Origin: an uncultured Pseudomonadales bacterium
GTDB taxonomy: Bacteria; Pseudomonadota; Gammaproteobacteria; Pseudomonadales; Azotimanducaceae
Direction of reading: 5' to 3'
DNA: 64,000 bases
Assembly (NCBI GenBank): GCA_905182095.1
Contig: CAJJAQ010000025.1
Location: forward strand, 37,363 to 101,362
The notes beneath the pieces are model-generated. The model searched no databases. It saw only the letters and a program-made list of their open reading frames with translations, and was not told the origin of the DNA. The position numbers were made by a program, and so were the translations under genes. Below are positions 12,554-22,637 of the stretch, in pieces (within the stretch, counting starts at the first letter, position 1; each line of letters opens with the position of its first letter).

Positions 12554-13138
12554 TCACTGTTGCAGAGCTTTATGCGCGACCAATGCGCTAAAGGTGTTGC
12601 CGCTAGATGTTTTTCGGTTAATTTCTAGATCGTTGGAATGGCTGATTTCTTCTATCAATTGTTGCTTATTGGATTCTAGATAAATATATTTTGTTGCCAA
12701 CCTATGTTGCACAATGATCCGTACGCACGCAGCTAACAAGTCTGGTTGGGTGTACGGTGGGTCGAGAAATATAATATCAAATGGAGTATTTAGGCCGTTT
12801 AGATAATTTAGCGCATTAGCTTTAATGGCCTGACACGAGGGCTCACCAAGATCAGCCACATTTTTTTCTAGGCTAGAGAAAATTGTCGGTTCACTTTCTA
12901 CCAAAATTACTTCGCTGGCACCTTGAGAAAGCGCTTCTATGCCAAGCGCGCCAGATCCAGCACATAAATCAAGGCACTTGGTGCCTTCGATTTCTGGTCT
13001 CAACCAGTTGAATAGAGTTTCTCTGGTTCGACCCAGGGTGGGTCTTAAATCGTCAATTTCCGGAAATGCAATTTTGCGACCTCGCCACTTGCCGCCAATA
13101 AGGCGCACTGTTTGGGTTTTAGTACTTTGCTTTTTCAT
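12554..13138 (-). CDS. rsmD: 16S rRNA (guanine966-N2)-methyltransferase
   Basis: RLIGGKWRGRK N-terminus, SAM-binding LDLCAGSGALGIEALSQGA, and the IIFLDPPY motif. Confidence 0.9.
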   Translation of the reverse strand: MKKQSTKTQTVRLIGGKWRGRKIAFPEIDDLRPTLGRTRETLFNWLRPEIEGTKCLDLCAGSGALGIEALSQGASEVILVESEPTIFSSLEKNVADLGEPSCQAIKANALNYLNGLNTPFDIIFLDPPYTQPDLLAACVRIIVQHRLATKYIYLESNKQQLIEEISHSNDLEINRKTSSGNTFSALVAHKALQQ

Positions 13139-13342
13139 AGGAGATATAACGTGCAGGGCATAGTTTTGATGCCAAGTATTATAGAATGTTCCTGAGCAAT
13201 GTGCTTTAACCTTAGCGCTACTTGTTAGTGTTTTTCCTTGTGCGCTTAGGTTTGGGATTTTTGCGTTATAGTAGCTCAGTTCCTTGGAGCCATTGGCTTC
13301 AAAGGTTCGACCAAAAAGAATTTCACCAAAGATGATATCGAT

Positions 13343-14311
13343 ATGTCAGACAGCAAAGCGCCAAGCCTTTTTTCTAAACTACGCTCAGGCTTGGCAAAAA
13401 CCCGGGCACAACTCGCAGACGGTGTGGGCAATCTTTTGCTCGGCGAAAAAGAAATCAGTGACACGGTTTTAGAAGATTTAGAAACTGCCCTGATCACCAC
13501 CGATGTTGGCGTGGATACCACTCAAGACATCATCGAAAATTTGACCCAGCGTGCTCAACGCCGTGAACTTGCCAACACTCGGGCTTTGCATGAAGCCTTG
13601 CACAAATTGCTGACAGAGCGCCTGTTACCTATTTCACAAACCTTTGAACTGCCGGAGAAAAAGGCCGGCATGCCGCGAGTCATTTTCTTTGTTGGCGTAA
13701 ATGGGGTGGGCAAAACCACCACTATCGGCAAGTTGGCGAAGCGCTTCAAAGATGAAGGCAAGAGCGTTTTACTTGCTGCCGGAGATACTTTTCGTGCCGC
13801 AGCGGTGGAGCAGCTTCAAGCCTGGGGGGAGCGCAACGATATTCCGGTGATCGCTCAGCCTCAAGGCTCGGACAGCGCTTCCGTAGTTTTTGATGCTGTG
13901 CAGTCCGCTCAAGCTAGAGATGTTGACGTTCTCCTTGTTGACACGGCAGGTCGGTTGCAGGCTAAAACTCAGTTAATGGATGAGTTAGAAAAAATTCAGC
14001 GAGTGGTCAAAAGGCTGGATCCAGGCGCCCCCCATGAAGTGATTTTAGTGCTCGATGGTGGTGTTGGTCAAAATGCACTTAGCCAAGTGAAACTATTTAA
14101 TGAAGCAGTAAAACTTACCGGGTTAGTGGTGACAAAACTCGATGGAACCGCCAAAGCTGGGGTGATTTTTGCCGTCGCGAGTGGTGCCGGCGGTGTGCCC
14201 AAAGTGCCGTTATATTTTATTGGCGTAGGCGAAGGCGTGGATGATTTACGTCCTTTTGATGCAGATAATTTTGTCCAGGCACTGCTCGCCTCAGATTTAG
14301 ACGCCGGTTAG
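13343..14311 (+). CDS. ftsY: signal recognition particle receptor FtsY (short form, without a long acidic A-domain)
   Basis: SRP-GTPase NG domain with GVNGVGKTTTIGKLA, DTAGR and TKLDGTAKAG. Confidence 0.95.
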   Translation: MSDSKAPSLFSKLRSGLAKTRAQLADGVGNLLLGEKEISDTVLEDLETALITTDVGVDTTQDIIENLTQRAQRRELANTRALHEALHKLLTERLLPISQTFELPEKKAGMPRVIFFVGVNGVGKTTTIGKLAKRFKDEGKSVLLAAGDTFRAAAVEQLQAWGERNDIPVIAQPQGSDSASVVFDAVQSAQARDVDVLLVDTAGRLQAKTQLMDELEKIQRVVKRLDPGAPHEVILVLDGGVGQNALSQVKLFNEAVKLTGLVVTKLDGTAKAGVIFAVASGAGGVPKVPLYFIGVGEGVDDLRPFDADNFVQALLASDLDAG

Positions 14312-14317
14312 CCCGCA

Positions 14318-15016
14318 ATGGCCAGCATAGTCTTAGAAAACGTCACCAAGCAGTTTTCCAGCGGCTACAAAGCGCTGGTGGATGTCACGGTGGATTTTGA
14401 TTCTGGATCAATGACCTTCTTGACCGGTCATTCCGGGGCCGGCAAAAGTACGTTTTTGCGGTTACTTATTGGTGCAGACCAGCCTACCCGTGGGCGGGTT
14501 TTGGTAGGTGGCGTGAATATTAGCCAGTTAAGCACAAAGCGCATGCCCTGGTATCGACGCAATGTAGGGGTGGTGTTTCAAGACCACCACTTACTGGCAG
14601 ACCGTTCGGTGTTTGAAAACGTTGCGCTGCCCTTACGGATTGGACACTTCCCAGCAAAAGAAATTGCATCTCGAGTGCGCGGTGCATTAAGCGCAGTGGA
14701 TTTGTTGGACAAAGAGAAACTCCTGCCAGGATTTTTGTCCACTGGCGAGCAACAGCGGGTAGGCATTGCTCGAGCCGTTGTAAATAGACCAAAAATTTTG
14801 CTGGCTGATGAACCGACGGGTAATTTAGATCCGGGTTTGTCAAAGACGATAATGGATCTGTTTAGCCAATTCAGGGAGATTGGCACCACTGTAGTTATCG
14901 CCACCCACGATATAGAGTTGGTCAAGAGTATGGGTCAACCTACACTGAACTTGATTGCAGGGCGTCTTGAAGATGCAGGCGCCGGGCAAACAAAAGTCAC
15001 CGAGTTCAACAGATGA
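14318..15016 (+). CDS. ftsE: cell division ATP-binding protein FtsE
   Basis: Walker A GHSGAGKST, ABC signature LSTGEQQRV and Walker B ILLADEPTGNLD. It lies between ftsY and ftsX. Confidence 0.96.
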   Translation: MASIVLENVTKQFSSGYKALVDVTVDFDSGSMTFLTGHSGAGKSTFLRLLIGADQPTRGRVLVGGVNISQLSTKRMPWYRRNVGVVFQDHHLLADRSVFENVALPLRIGHFPAKEIASRVRGALSAVDLLDKEKLLPGFLSTGEQQRVGIARAVVNRPKILLADEPTGNLDPGLSKTIMDLFSQFREIGTTVVIATHDIELVKSMGQPTLNLIAGRLEDAGAGQTKVTEFNR

Positions 15017-15031
15017 AAAACCGGGTGCGCT

Positions 15032-16009
15032 GTGGATAAGAAGAAAGTTGAAAGTCTCGATCCTTGGGCGAAACCATCAGGCGGCTTGCTTAATTGGCTC
15101 AAAGACCATGGGCGAACTTTTAATGACACAACCCTGTTTGTCAGTCAGCGTTTAGCCAGCAGTCTGTTTGTATGGTTTCTAGTCGGTATTGCATTAGCCC
15201 TGCCAGGAATACTTTGGCTTGCTCAGGTTAATCTTCAAGCGGTTGGTGAGGGCTGGCAGGGTCGCGCTGGGTTGACGGTATATTTCGAGACCGGGGTTAA
15301 CGCCGCTGAGATAAATACGCTGTTAGGCGATTTAGAGAAAATCCCTTTGGTAGAAAAAACTTCTTTGACCACGGCGGACCAAGCACTCAAAGATTTTGTC
15401 TCCCAAACATCGGATGCCCGCGAGCTGCGCAACATAGTCGCCAACCTAGATGAAAACCCGCTGCCTGCATCCATCCAAATTACCAGTAGTGAGGGCGCTG
15501 ACTTTATTCAGCTTGAGGGTTTGCAGAGGCAGTTACGGGCCAAGTCGCAAGTTAACGATGTGGTTATTGAAAAGACTTGGTTGGAGCGCCTGCGCGATAT
15601 TACGACCTTGTTAAACCGACTGGGCTGGATATTCGGTGTACTTTTTGGTCTGGGCGCCATTTTTGTTACCTCTGCATCGGTGCGTTTAGCCATAGAGTCG
15701 CGCTTGCAAGAGATGCTTGTTTTGGCGCTTGTGGGCGCGACAAGAGGGCAGATGCGACGGCCCTTTATCTATTTTGGAGCCTGTTACGGCCTCGGTGGTG
15801 GCATTATGGCGGTGATGTTCTTAGCTCTTATTCTTAACGCAATTGAAGGCCCCCTGCAGGCACTGCTAGGTAGTTATCAAGTGCCTATAGTGGTCAGGGG
15901 TTTTGATGGCAAATTCCTGCTTAGTATGTTGATTGTTGGAATTTCTCTCGGCGTAATTGGTGCCTGGGTGGCGGTAAGACAGCGTTTACATAGCGCTCAG
16001 TTTGTCTAG
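15032..16009 (+). CDS. ftsX: cell division permease-like protein FtsX
   Basis: One N-terminal TM segment, a periplasmic domain and three C-terminal TM segments. It follows ftsE. The start is GTG at 15032. Confidence 0.9.
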   Translation: MDKKKVESLDPWAKPSGGLLNWLKDHGRTFNDTTLFVSQRLASSLFVWFLVGIALALPGILWLAQVNLQAVGEGWQGRAGLTVYFETGVNAAEINTLLGDLEKIPLVEKTSLTTADQALKDFVSQTSDARELRNIVANLDENPLPASIQITSSEGADFIQLEGLQRQLRAKSQVNDVVIEKTWLERLRDITTLLNRLGWIFGVLFGLGAIFVTSASVRLAIESRLQEMLVLALVGATRGQMRRPFIYFGACYGLGGGIMAVMFLALILNAIEGPLQALLGSYQVPIVVRGFDGKFLLSMLIVGISLGVIGAWVAVRQRLHSAQFV

Positions 16010-16095
16010 CTGAAAACACTCACCGAAAGCAGATTGATGACGCTAGCACCGGGGTTTTGCGCAGCTTTTGTCCCAATTCTGGGTCCAAATCTTTG

Positions 16096-16122
16096 TTAGC
16101 ACTCTTCAGGTTAGAGTGCTAA
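16096..16122 (+). promoter_or_regulatory. CIRCE element (HrcA operator) overlapping a putative rpoH promoter
   Basis: TTAGCACTC-TTCAGGTTA-GAGTGCTAA matches the CIRCE consensus TTAGCACTC-N9-GAGTGCTAA with no mismatches. It ends 33 nt upstream of the rpoH ATG. A candidate promoter lies inside or abutting the element: -35 TTAGCA (16096-16101), an 18-nt spacer, and -10 TAATAT (16120-16125). Confidence 0.75.
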
Positions 16123-16154
16123 TATCAAAAAATCGTGTTACCGGAAGTATCACC

Positions 16155-17006
16155 ATGACAACAAATATTATGGCAATGCCAAGCATCGCTCCAGGTCGCG
16201 ACCTCGATGCCTATCTACGCACAATTAGTCAATTCCCTATCCTCAAGCCGGAAGCAGAAAAAATCCTTGCTGAGCGTTTTTATGCGGATGCGGATTTAGA
16301 CGCCGCCCGAGAATTAGTCATGTGTCACCTGCGTTTTGTGGTGCACCTTGCTCGATCATATAAAGGCTATGGACTGTCCCAAGCAGATTTAATCCAAGAA
16401 GGCAATGTTGGGTTGATGAAGGCGGTGAAGAGGTTCGATCCCAACGTAGGTGTACGTTTGATTTCTTTTGCTGTGCATTGGATAAAGGCGGAAATTCACG
16501 AGTACATTTTACGCAACTGGCGCATTGTTAAAGTTGCAACAACCAAATCTCAACGCAAGTTATTTTTCAACCTGCGTGGTGCTAAGCGCAGTAGTGCATG
16601 GTTGACCTTGGCAGAGACACAGGCGATCGCCGAAGACCTTGGTGTATCTGCGGCTGAAGTGACACGTATGGAAGGTCGGTTGAGTGCAAGTGATATGGCA
16701 TTTGACGGTTACGGTACCGACGAAGAGTCCGCCACCGCACCAATGCACTTCTTGGCTTCTGCCGCGCCGGATCCTGCGGACCTTGTTGCTGATGAGCATA
16801 TGCAGCAGGACGCGAGCTTTCGCCTCAGCGCAGGACTAGCAGACCTTGATGAGCGTAGTAGAGATATATTGCAGCAGCGTTGGTTGAGTGATGATAAATC
16901 TACCCTGCACGAGTTGGCCGCTGAGTATGGTGTATCTGCTGAACGCATTCGCCAGTTAGAAAAGAACGCCATGAAGAAACTCAAACTTGCGATTACTGCT
17001 GATTAG
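16155..17006 (+). CDS. rpoH: RNA polymerase sigma-32 factor RpoH
   Basis: RpoH box SQRKLFFNLRG, region 2 DLIQEGNVGLMKAVKRFDP and region 4 LHELAAEYGVSAERIRQLEKNAMKKL. I trimmed the start to the ATG at 16155 (MTTNIMAMPS...), which follows a GGAAG RBS. The track start at 16068 would run through the CIRCE element. Confidence 0.93.
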   Translation: MTTNIMAMPSIAPGRDLDAYLRTISQFPILKPEAEKILAERFYADADLDAARELVMCHLRFVVHLARSYKGYGLSQADLIQEGNVGLMKAVKRFDPNVGVRLISFAVHWIKAEIHEYILRNWRIVKVATTKSQRKLFFNLRGAKRSSAWLTLAETQAIAEDLGVSAAEVTRMEGRLSASDMAFDGYGTDEESATAPMHFLASAAPDPADLVADEHMQQDASFRLSAGLADLDERSRDILQQRWLSDDKSTLHELAAEYGVSAERIRQLEKNAMKKLKLAITAD

Positions 17007-17009
17007 CGG

Positions 17010-17384
17010 ATGGCCAAATTATTCATCCTTGTGGGAGGCTCACTGGGCCTCCTTGGCGTTGTGTTTGGTGCCTTTGGCGCTCACGCTCTAAAAGAACGCC
17101 TCAGCGCTGCAGGTTTGTCTAGTTGGGAAACCGCAGTTTCCTATCAGATGTACCACGCCTTAGTTTTGCTTTTTGTGGGGTTATGGTTGTTACTCGATGG
17201 CCCTGCCTCGCTGCGTTATGCAGGGGTGTTGTTCATTGTTGGTATTGTGCTTTTCAGTGGCAGTATTTACGCACTGGTATTAGGCGCCGGTTCATGGCTT
17301 GGGCCAATAACGCCCCTTGGTGGCGTAACTTTGATAGCCGCCTGGGCCACCCTCATATACTCTTCTCTAGCAATAAATAATTAA
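17010..17384 (+). CDS. DUF423 (YgdD-like) small inner-membrane protein
   Basis: Four predicted TM helices and GAFGAHAL near the N-terminus, which is typical of DUF423. Confidence 0.75.
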   Translation: MAKLFILVGGSLGLLGVVFGAFGAHALKERLSAAGLSSWETAVSYQMYHALVLLFVGLWLLLDGPASLRYAGVLFIVGIVLFSGSIYALVLGAGSWLGPITPLGGVTLIAAWATLIYSSLAINN

Positions 17385-17416
17385 TCAGCCACTTTAGCTA
17401 CTGGGAGAAAGATTCA

Positions 17417-18172
17417 GTGCCCGAGCAGGATTCCGCCAGTAACGTCGCCAACGCCGAAAGATCCTTGCACAACGACTTTGCGCACAGCTATATTCGCCGC
17501 CGAGGGCGCTTTACTAAAGCCCAAGCCAGCGCACTAGAGCGTTTAACCCAGCACTACCGGCTAGATACGCAAAAAATCAATGCAGATTCTCGGCAACTGG
17601 GTATCGAAATCGGTTTCGGCATGGGCCACGAACTTATTGCCTGGGGCCAAGAGCAACCGCACAAGCTACTCCTAGGTATTGAACTCTATCAACCGGGTAT
17701 CGGTTCAATGCTGTCTAGACTTGAAAACCTTGCCATTGAGAATGTTGCTCTTCTCGATCAGCCTGCACAGAAAGTGCTCGCAGAACTAGCACCTGAGTCG
17801 GTGTCGGAAATAAGAATATTTTTCCCTGACCCGTGGCCGAAAAAGCGCCATTTAAAACGCCGGATTATTCAGCCGCAGTTCTTAGCGCAAATGCTTACGG
17901 TTCTGCAACCCATGGGTGTTGTGAGGTTGGCAACGGATTGGGCCGAATATGGCGAGTGGATGGCTGAGCATTTTGCCATGAATTCGAACTTCACCTGCGA
18001 GTTGGATGCTATTAGAGATCCTGCGGTAGATGAGAGTAATCAGATCAAAGACCTTGAGCCGGATTTGTCAGAAGACGCATTAGAGGTCGTTCGCGGTAGA
18101 ACAAAATTTGAAACCCGCGGCGAAAAGCTCGGCCACCGTATTCGGGACTTTACCTACCGTCGTACTAGTTAA
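17417..18172 (+). CDS. trmB: tRNA (guanine46-N7)-methyltransferase
   Basis: The IEIGFGMG SAM motif and the hallmark FFPDPWPKKRHLKRR. The start is GTG. Confidence 0.92.
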   Translation: MPEQDSASNVANAERSLHNDFAHSYIRRRGRFTKAQASALERLTQHYRLDTQKINADSRQLGIEIGFGMGHELIAWGQEQPHKLLLGIELYQPGIGSMLSRLENLAIENVALLDQPAQKVLAELAPESVSEIRIFFPDPWPKKRHLKRRIIQPQFLAQMLTVLQPMGVVRLATDWAEYGEWMAEHFAMNSNFTCELDAIRDPAVDESNQIKDLEPDLSEDALEVVRGRTKFETRGEKLGHRIRDFTYRRTS

Positions 18173-19298
18173 CGAACCGCTCCAACACTGTGTCCAAATA
18201 GCGCAGGCCCAGCTCGGTAGTACTGCAACGATCGGCTTTGACTAATCCCTGGGCGACAAGCTCGCTCCATTGCTTTTCTATGTTCTGCCAAGCTAAGCCG
18301 GTGGTTTGAGTAAAAGTTTGCTGCTCGGTGCCGTCGATTAGCCGCAGAGCATTCATCATAAACTCTAACGGCAACTGCTCATCGAGCACCGTTTGGTAGG
18401 AAGTTTTAGCTGGCTCACCCTGATAAAGTCTCGGTTGAGATGCTTTCTGCGTGCGCAAGATATTTGGTCGGCCGCTGATTTTTCCATGTGCCCCAGCACC
18501 CAAACCGACATAATCTCCAAAGGACCAATAATTGATGTTGTGTTGGCAGTAGGCCGAATCTCTTGCATAAGCGGAAATCTCATAGCGGCTGTAGCCTTCG
18601 GCTTCTAGTAGTTCGTTACCCTTGTTTTCAATTTCCGCCAGAATGCCGTCTATGGGTAGCAGTGGCGGACGTTTGGCAAATTCAGTTTTTGCTTCGATGG
18701 TCAACTGATACCAAGAGATGTGTTGGGGTGAAAGTGCGATAGCGCTTGTCAGATCAAACAGTGCATCTTCAAGTGTTTGGCCGGGCAGGCCCCACATAAG
18801 ATCTATGTTGATGTTTGTGAATCCCGCCGCTTTGGCCTTGGCAACTGCTGCCACGGTTTCATCACAGTTATGTACCCGGCCCAGTTTGGCCAGCTGACTG
18901 TTTTGAAAAGATTGCGCGCCGATGGAAAGGCGATTTATTCCTGCACCCAAATAGTGTTCAAAGTTTGTATATTCTTGGGTGCCAGGATTCGCCTCCATTG
19001 TCACTTCAGCGTCAGTGGCAAGGGGTAGTTTCTGCAGTAGCTTCGCCATCAATTGCGGGCGAAAAAGACTCGGTGTGCCGCCACCAAAAAATACAGTCTT
19101 AAATCCGGACTCCAGAGCTTTCTGGTTATCCGCATGGGCGAAAATGCTGGCGGATTGATCTTGCCAGTCCTCTAGCAGGGAATCTAAGTATCTCTGTTGA
19201 TCAACATCATCCTTAAGCGGGTGGGAATTGAAATCACAATAGGGGCATTTTTTGATGCACCACGGGAAGTGTACGTAGACGCCCGGGTTGTTAAGCAT
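18165..19298 (-). CDS. hemW: radical SAM heme chaperone HemW (oxygen-independent coproporphyrinogen-III-oxidase-like)
   Basis: CxxxCxxC cluster motif FPWCIKKCPYCDF and a HemN-like body. It lies downstream of rdgB, as in many gammaproteobacteria. Confidence 0.9.
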   Translation of the reverse strand: MLNNPGVYVHFPWCIKKCPYCDFNSHPLKDDVDQQRYLDSLLEDWQDQSASIFAHADNQKALESGFKTVFFGGGTPSLFRPQLMAKLLQKLPLATDAEVTMEANPGTQEYTNFEHYLGAGINRLSIGAQSFQNSQLAKLGRVHNCDETVAAVAKAKAAGFTNINIDLMWGLPGQTLEDALFDLTSAIALSPQHISWYQLTIEAKTEFAKRPPLLPIDGILAEIENKGNELLEAEGYSRYEISAYARDSAYCQHNINYWSFGDYVGLGAGAHGKISGRPNILRTQKASQPRLYQGEPAKTSYQTVLDEQLPLEFMMNALRLIDGTEQQTFTQTTGLAWQNIEKQWSELVAQGLVKADRCSTTELGLRYLDTVLERFVN

Positions 19299-19890
19299 TT
19301 AGGTTAAGACTTGCCGACAGCTGACTAACCAAGTGTGCACTGGCTTGACCTCGATGACTAAGTTCATTCTTGATTGTCGCAGGTAGCTCAGCCGCGCTAC
19401 GGTTTTCGCTGGCAACGAAAAATAGTGGGTCATAACCGAACCCTCCGTCTCCTTTAGGTTCTAATAGGATCTCGCCCCACCACTGTCCGTAGGCAATTAT
19501 CGGTGTCGGGTCTTGGGCCTGATTTAAAAAAACCATACAGCAAAAGAAATAGGCTGCCCGTGACTCATGGCCCGCTAGCTGACTAATTAGTTCTCTGTTA
19601 TTTTCTTCGTCCGTTGCCTCACTATGGGCAAAGCGCGATGAATAAATACCAGGCCGACCACTCAGCGCAGGTACAACCAAACCGCTGTCATCGGCTATAG
19701 CGGGCATGGCTGCAGCCAAACTCACGGCCCTAGCCTTAATCAGGGCATTTTCTACGAATGTTGCGCCGTCCTCTACAGGACTTGGAATGGTTGTATCAGT
19801 TTGGTTCTCTAGCTCTAAGCCTAAAGGCGCCAGCAAACGCTGCATTTCGATAATCTTGCCGTTATTGCGCGTTCCCAGCATCACTTTCAT
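19291..19890 (-). CDS. rdgB: dITP/XTP pyrophosphatase (Ham1/RdgB family)
   Basis: MKVMLGTRNNGKIIE... and GDGGFGYDPLF motifs. The track start at 19902 is TTG. The ATG at 19890 forms a TAATG overlap with the upstream stop. Confidence 0.9.
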   Translation of the reverse strand: MKVMLGTRNNGKIIEMQRLLAPLGLELENQTDTTIPSPVEDGATFVENALIKARAVSLAAAMPAIADDSGLVVPALSGRPGIYSSRFAHSEATDEENNRELISQLAGHESRAAYFFCCMVFLNQAQDPTPIIAYGQWWGEILLEPKGDGGFGYDPLFFVASENRSAAELPATIKNELSHRGQASAHLVSQLSASLNLNA

Positions 19891-20327
19891 TATTCTGCCC
19901 AATAGAGCTTTTGGTTGAATTTAAGCAAGGTAGACTTGCCGTCAGGTGCGCTCGCCTCAATTTTAATTCTATGCACTTCTTGATCTGCGAAGCGTATCTC
20001 TGCGAGATAGTAAATGGCGTCACCCTCCTTCACTTGTTTGAAGTCTAGATTTTGTAATTGGCCTAACAAATTCTGACTGTCGCCTGTAATGACGGCGTTT
20101 ACCGCCTTTTTCTCGCGATTGAGAACCGATACATTAATCAGTGCACGATCTTTGCCGCGAGAAATATCGTATTCAGCTGCAATACTTGGCTTCAGCATAG
20201 TGGTGGGTATGACTATATAGTGGAGTTCATATTGGCCGAAACGCTGCATTTGCTCGGCAGCGCTCAGCGGACTGAAGATGATTGCCGTTACGCAGAGCAA
20301 AATTCTTAACGGGATCTTTATGAACAT
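19890..20327 (-). CDS. DUF4426-like secreted protein
   Basis: Signal peptide [26 protein letters not shown]. The ATG at 20327 follows an AGGAAAG RBS. A small exported protein sits in the same position downstream of metW in Pseudomonas. Confidence 0.7.
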   Translation of the reverse strand: MFIKIPLRILLCVTAIIFSPLSAAEQMQRFGQYELHYIVIPTTMLKPSIAAEYDISRGKDRALINVSVLNREKKAVNAVITGDSQNLLGQLQNLDFKQVKEGDAIYYLAEIRFADQEVHRIKIEASAPDGKSTLLKFNQKLYWAE

Positions 20328-20920
20328 GCGGACTTTCCTAGTCGATAAAATGCATAGGTGCCGAAAAAATTGGGCGCCCAATTAATAAAAGCCTTTTCTT
20401 GATGGTTTGCGTCAACTACACGCCGTTGAATAATATTGATAGATTCAGTTTTACACAGTTGCTCAAAGTCGGCGAATGTACAAAGGTGAATGTTTGGTGT
20501 GTCAAACCAGCTATGTGGTAATTGTTCAGACACAGGCATTACACCCTTCAGTGCTAGCTGTGCACGACAGCGCCAATGGGCAAAATTTGGAAAAGTGACA
20601 ATACATTCTTCGCCGACGCGCAGCATATCTCTAACAAGTTGTCTTGGTTCTTTGACCGCCTGTAGTGCGTCGGTCATAACAACCATGTCAAAACTGTCTT
20701 TGGCAAAGTTGTCTAAACCTTGATCCAAATCTTGCTCAATGACATTGACACCCTTGCTCACGCAGGTTCGTATATTTTCTGCGTCGCGGTCTAAGCCGTA
20801 GCCATTTACCCGTTTGTCGCGCTGTAGATGATTAAGTAACTCACCCTCCCCACAACCCAAATCTAGTACCCGGGCGCCAGGGTTTATGAGGCCAGCGATC
20901 AGTTCTAAATCACCCCTCAT
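20318..20920 (-). CDS. metW: methionine biosynthesis protein MetW
   Basis: Methyltransferase-like [12 protein letters not shown] and a MetW-like sequence. The start forms an ATGA overlap with the metX stop. Confidence 0.92.
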   Translation of the reverse strand: MRGDLELIAGLINPGARVLDLGCGEGELLNHLQRDKRVNGYGLDRDAENIRTCVSKGVNVIEQDLDQGLDNFAKDSFDMVVMTDALQAVKEPRQLVRDMLRVGEECIVTFPNFAHWRCRAQLALKGVMPVSEQLPHSWFDTPNIHLCTFADFEQLCKTESINIIQRRVVDANHQEKAFINWAPNFFGTYAFYRLGKSACS

Positions 20921-22101
20921 GAAAGGTCCCCTTGAGTTGTTTGCGAGGATCTAGATATGTCTTCGAGTTCGGCGTAGGAGCGCTGCAAGAATGCACTAAG
21001 AATTTTTGTGTACCTATTAATGGGCAATAAAAACGAATCATGTCCGTGTTCAGATTCGATAATAGCTGAAGCGACATTTTTTCTTGCCCGAATTAGCGCG
21101 TCGACAATTTCTTGAGATCGCTCAGGTGAAAAGCGCCAATCTGTAGAAAACGAAAGCACCAAAAACTTTGTTGTGGTTTGTTCAAGTGCGCGAGTTAGGT
21201 CGCCGTCGAATTCTCGCGCCGGATCAAAATAGTCCAAAGCGCGGGTCATCAAGAGGTATGTATTGGCATCAAAGTACTGAGTGAAAGCACGCCCCTGATA
21301 GTGAAGATAACTCTCTACTTGGAATTCAACATCAGCGCCTTGTGCGAAATTGCCAGATTTCACGTCGCGACCAAATTTTGTTTTCATACCATCTTCGGAG
21401 AGATAGGTAACGTGCCCAACCATCCTTGCCAGCATCAACCCTTTCTCGGGGTTTTTATCAAACTGCTGGTAATTGCCCGAGCAATAGTCTTCGTCGGTTG
21501 TGATGGCTTGCCTGGCGATTTCGTTGAAGGCAATATTCTGAGCCGATAATTTAGCCGCGGATGCAATTAAAACTGCCGCATAAACTCGCTCGGGGAAGTC
21601 GATACTCCATTGCATTGCTTGCATGCCACCTAGGCTGCCGCCAACTACGGCAACAAACTTTTTGATTCCAAGATGATCTGCAAGGTGCGCTTGGCTCGCT
21701 ACCCAATCTTTAACCACAACATTGGGGAAGCTTGGACCAAATATTTCGCCCGTATTAGGGTCTATAGAGTTTGGCCCGGTGCTGCCATGACAACCACCTA
21801 GGTTGTTGAGACTGAGGACAAAAAATTGATCCGTATCTATGCACTTTCCTGGGCCTATACAAGCATCCCACCAACCTGGCTTTGCATCATCTAATGCGTG
21901 AAAGCCGGCCGCATGATGATGCCCAGATAGGGCGTGACAGATAAGTATGGCGTTAGATTTATCAGCGTTGAGCGTGCCGTAAGTTTCGAATACTAATTCG
22001 TACTCGTGCAGTTGTTCACCGTTTTGCAGCCAGAACTCCGAGTTATGCTGATAGCGCCGTGGCTCAACTACGCCTAACGAGTTTGCTTTTGATTGCGTCA
22101 T
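20917..22101 (-). CDS. metX: homoserine O-acyltransferase MetX (acetyl vs succinyl specificity not determinable by eye)
   Basis: Alpha/beta-hydrolase nucleophile elbow [10 protein letters not shown] and a MetX-like N-terminus. It is paired with metW. Confidence 0.95.
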   Translation of the reverse strand: MTQSKANSLGVVEPRRYQHNSEFWLQNGEQLHEYELVFETYGTLNADKSNAILICHALSGHHHAAGFHALDDAKPGWWDACIGPGKCIDTDQFFVLSLNNLGGCHGSTGPNSIDPNTGEIFGPSFPNVVVKDWVASQAHLADHLGIKKFVAVVGGSLGGMQAMQWSIDFPERVYAAVLIASAAKLSAQNIAFNEIARQAITTDEDYCSGNYQQFDKNPEKGLMLARMVGHVTYLSEDGMKTKFGRDVKSGNFAQGADVEFQVESYLHYQGRAFTQYFDANTYLLMTRALDYFDPAREFDGDLTRALEQTTTKFLVLSFSTDWRFSPERSQEIVDALIRARKNVASAIIESEHGHDSFLLPINRYTKILSAFLQRSYAELEDISRSSQTTQGDLS

Positions 22102-22637
22102 TAGATAAAGGCGTATGCGTTAGGTAGCGACCTTTGAGCGATAGACAGCAGCAAAATGACCACCATAGGTGAAAAATCTAGTGGGCCCATGGATGGTAAA
22201 ATATTCCTAATCGGGCGTATCAAAGGGTCCAACAATTGATCTAACAATGATAATCCAGGATGACTATTGCCTTGAGAGACAAAGCTCGCGATAACAACTA
22301 TGAGCATTGACCACCAGTAGAAATCTACGAGCACAGAAAGGGTGCGCACAATACCAAAGACAGCGTACTGGCTCACGGAGAGCTTCCCCATGCTGATGAT
22401 GACTACAAACACTAGACCCATGAGCAAAGCGAGAAGCGCAGACGCTAGGTCGAATTTGCCGATTGCTGGTAGGAATTTTCTCAAAGGCGATGCTAAAGGT
22501 TCGCTGCCTTTGATTACTGCTTGGCTAATAGGGTTGTAGAAGTCGGCGCCACTGGCTTGGAGCAAAAACCTAATTAAGAACAGTAGCGTGGCTAAACGCA
22601 TAATAAGGTCGGCAACTAATATAAGTGTCTGAGTCAT
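22101..22637 (-). CDS. yggT: YggT family membrane protein
   Basis: A polytopic membrane protein between proC and metX, which is the usual yggS-proC-yggT arrangement. Confidence 0.8.
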   Translation of the reverse strand: MTQTLILVADLIMRLATLLFLIRFLLQASGADFYNPISQAVIKGSEPLASPLRKFLPAIGKFDLASALLALLMGLVFVVIISMGKLSVSQYAVFGIVRTLSVLVDFYWWSMLIVVIASFVSQGNSHPGLSLLDQLLDPLIRPIRNILPSMGPLDFSPMVVILLLSIAQRSLPNAYAFI

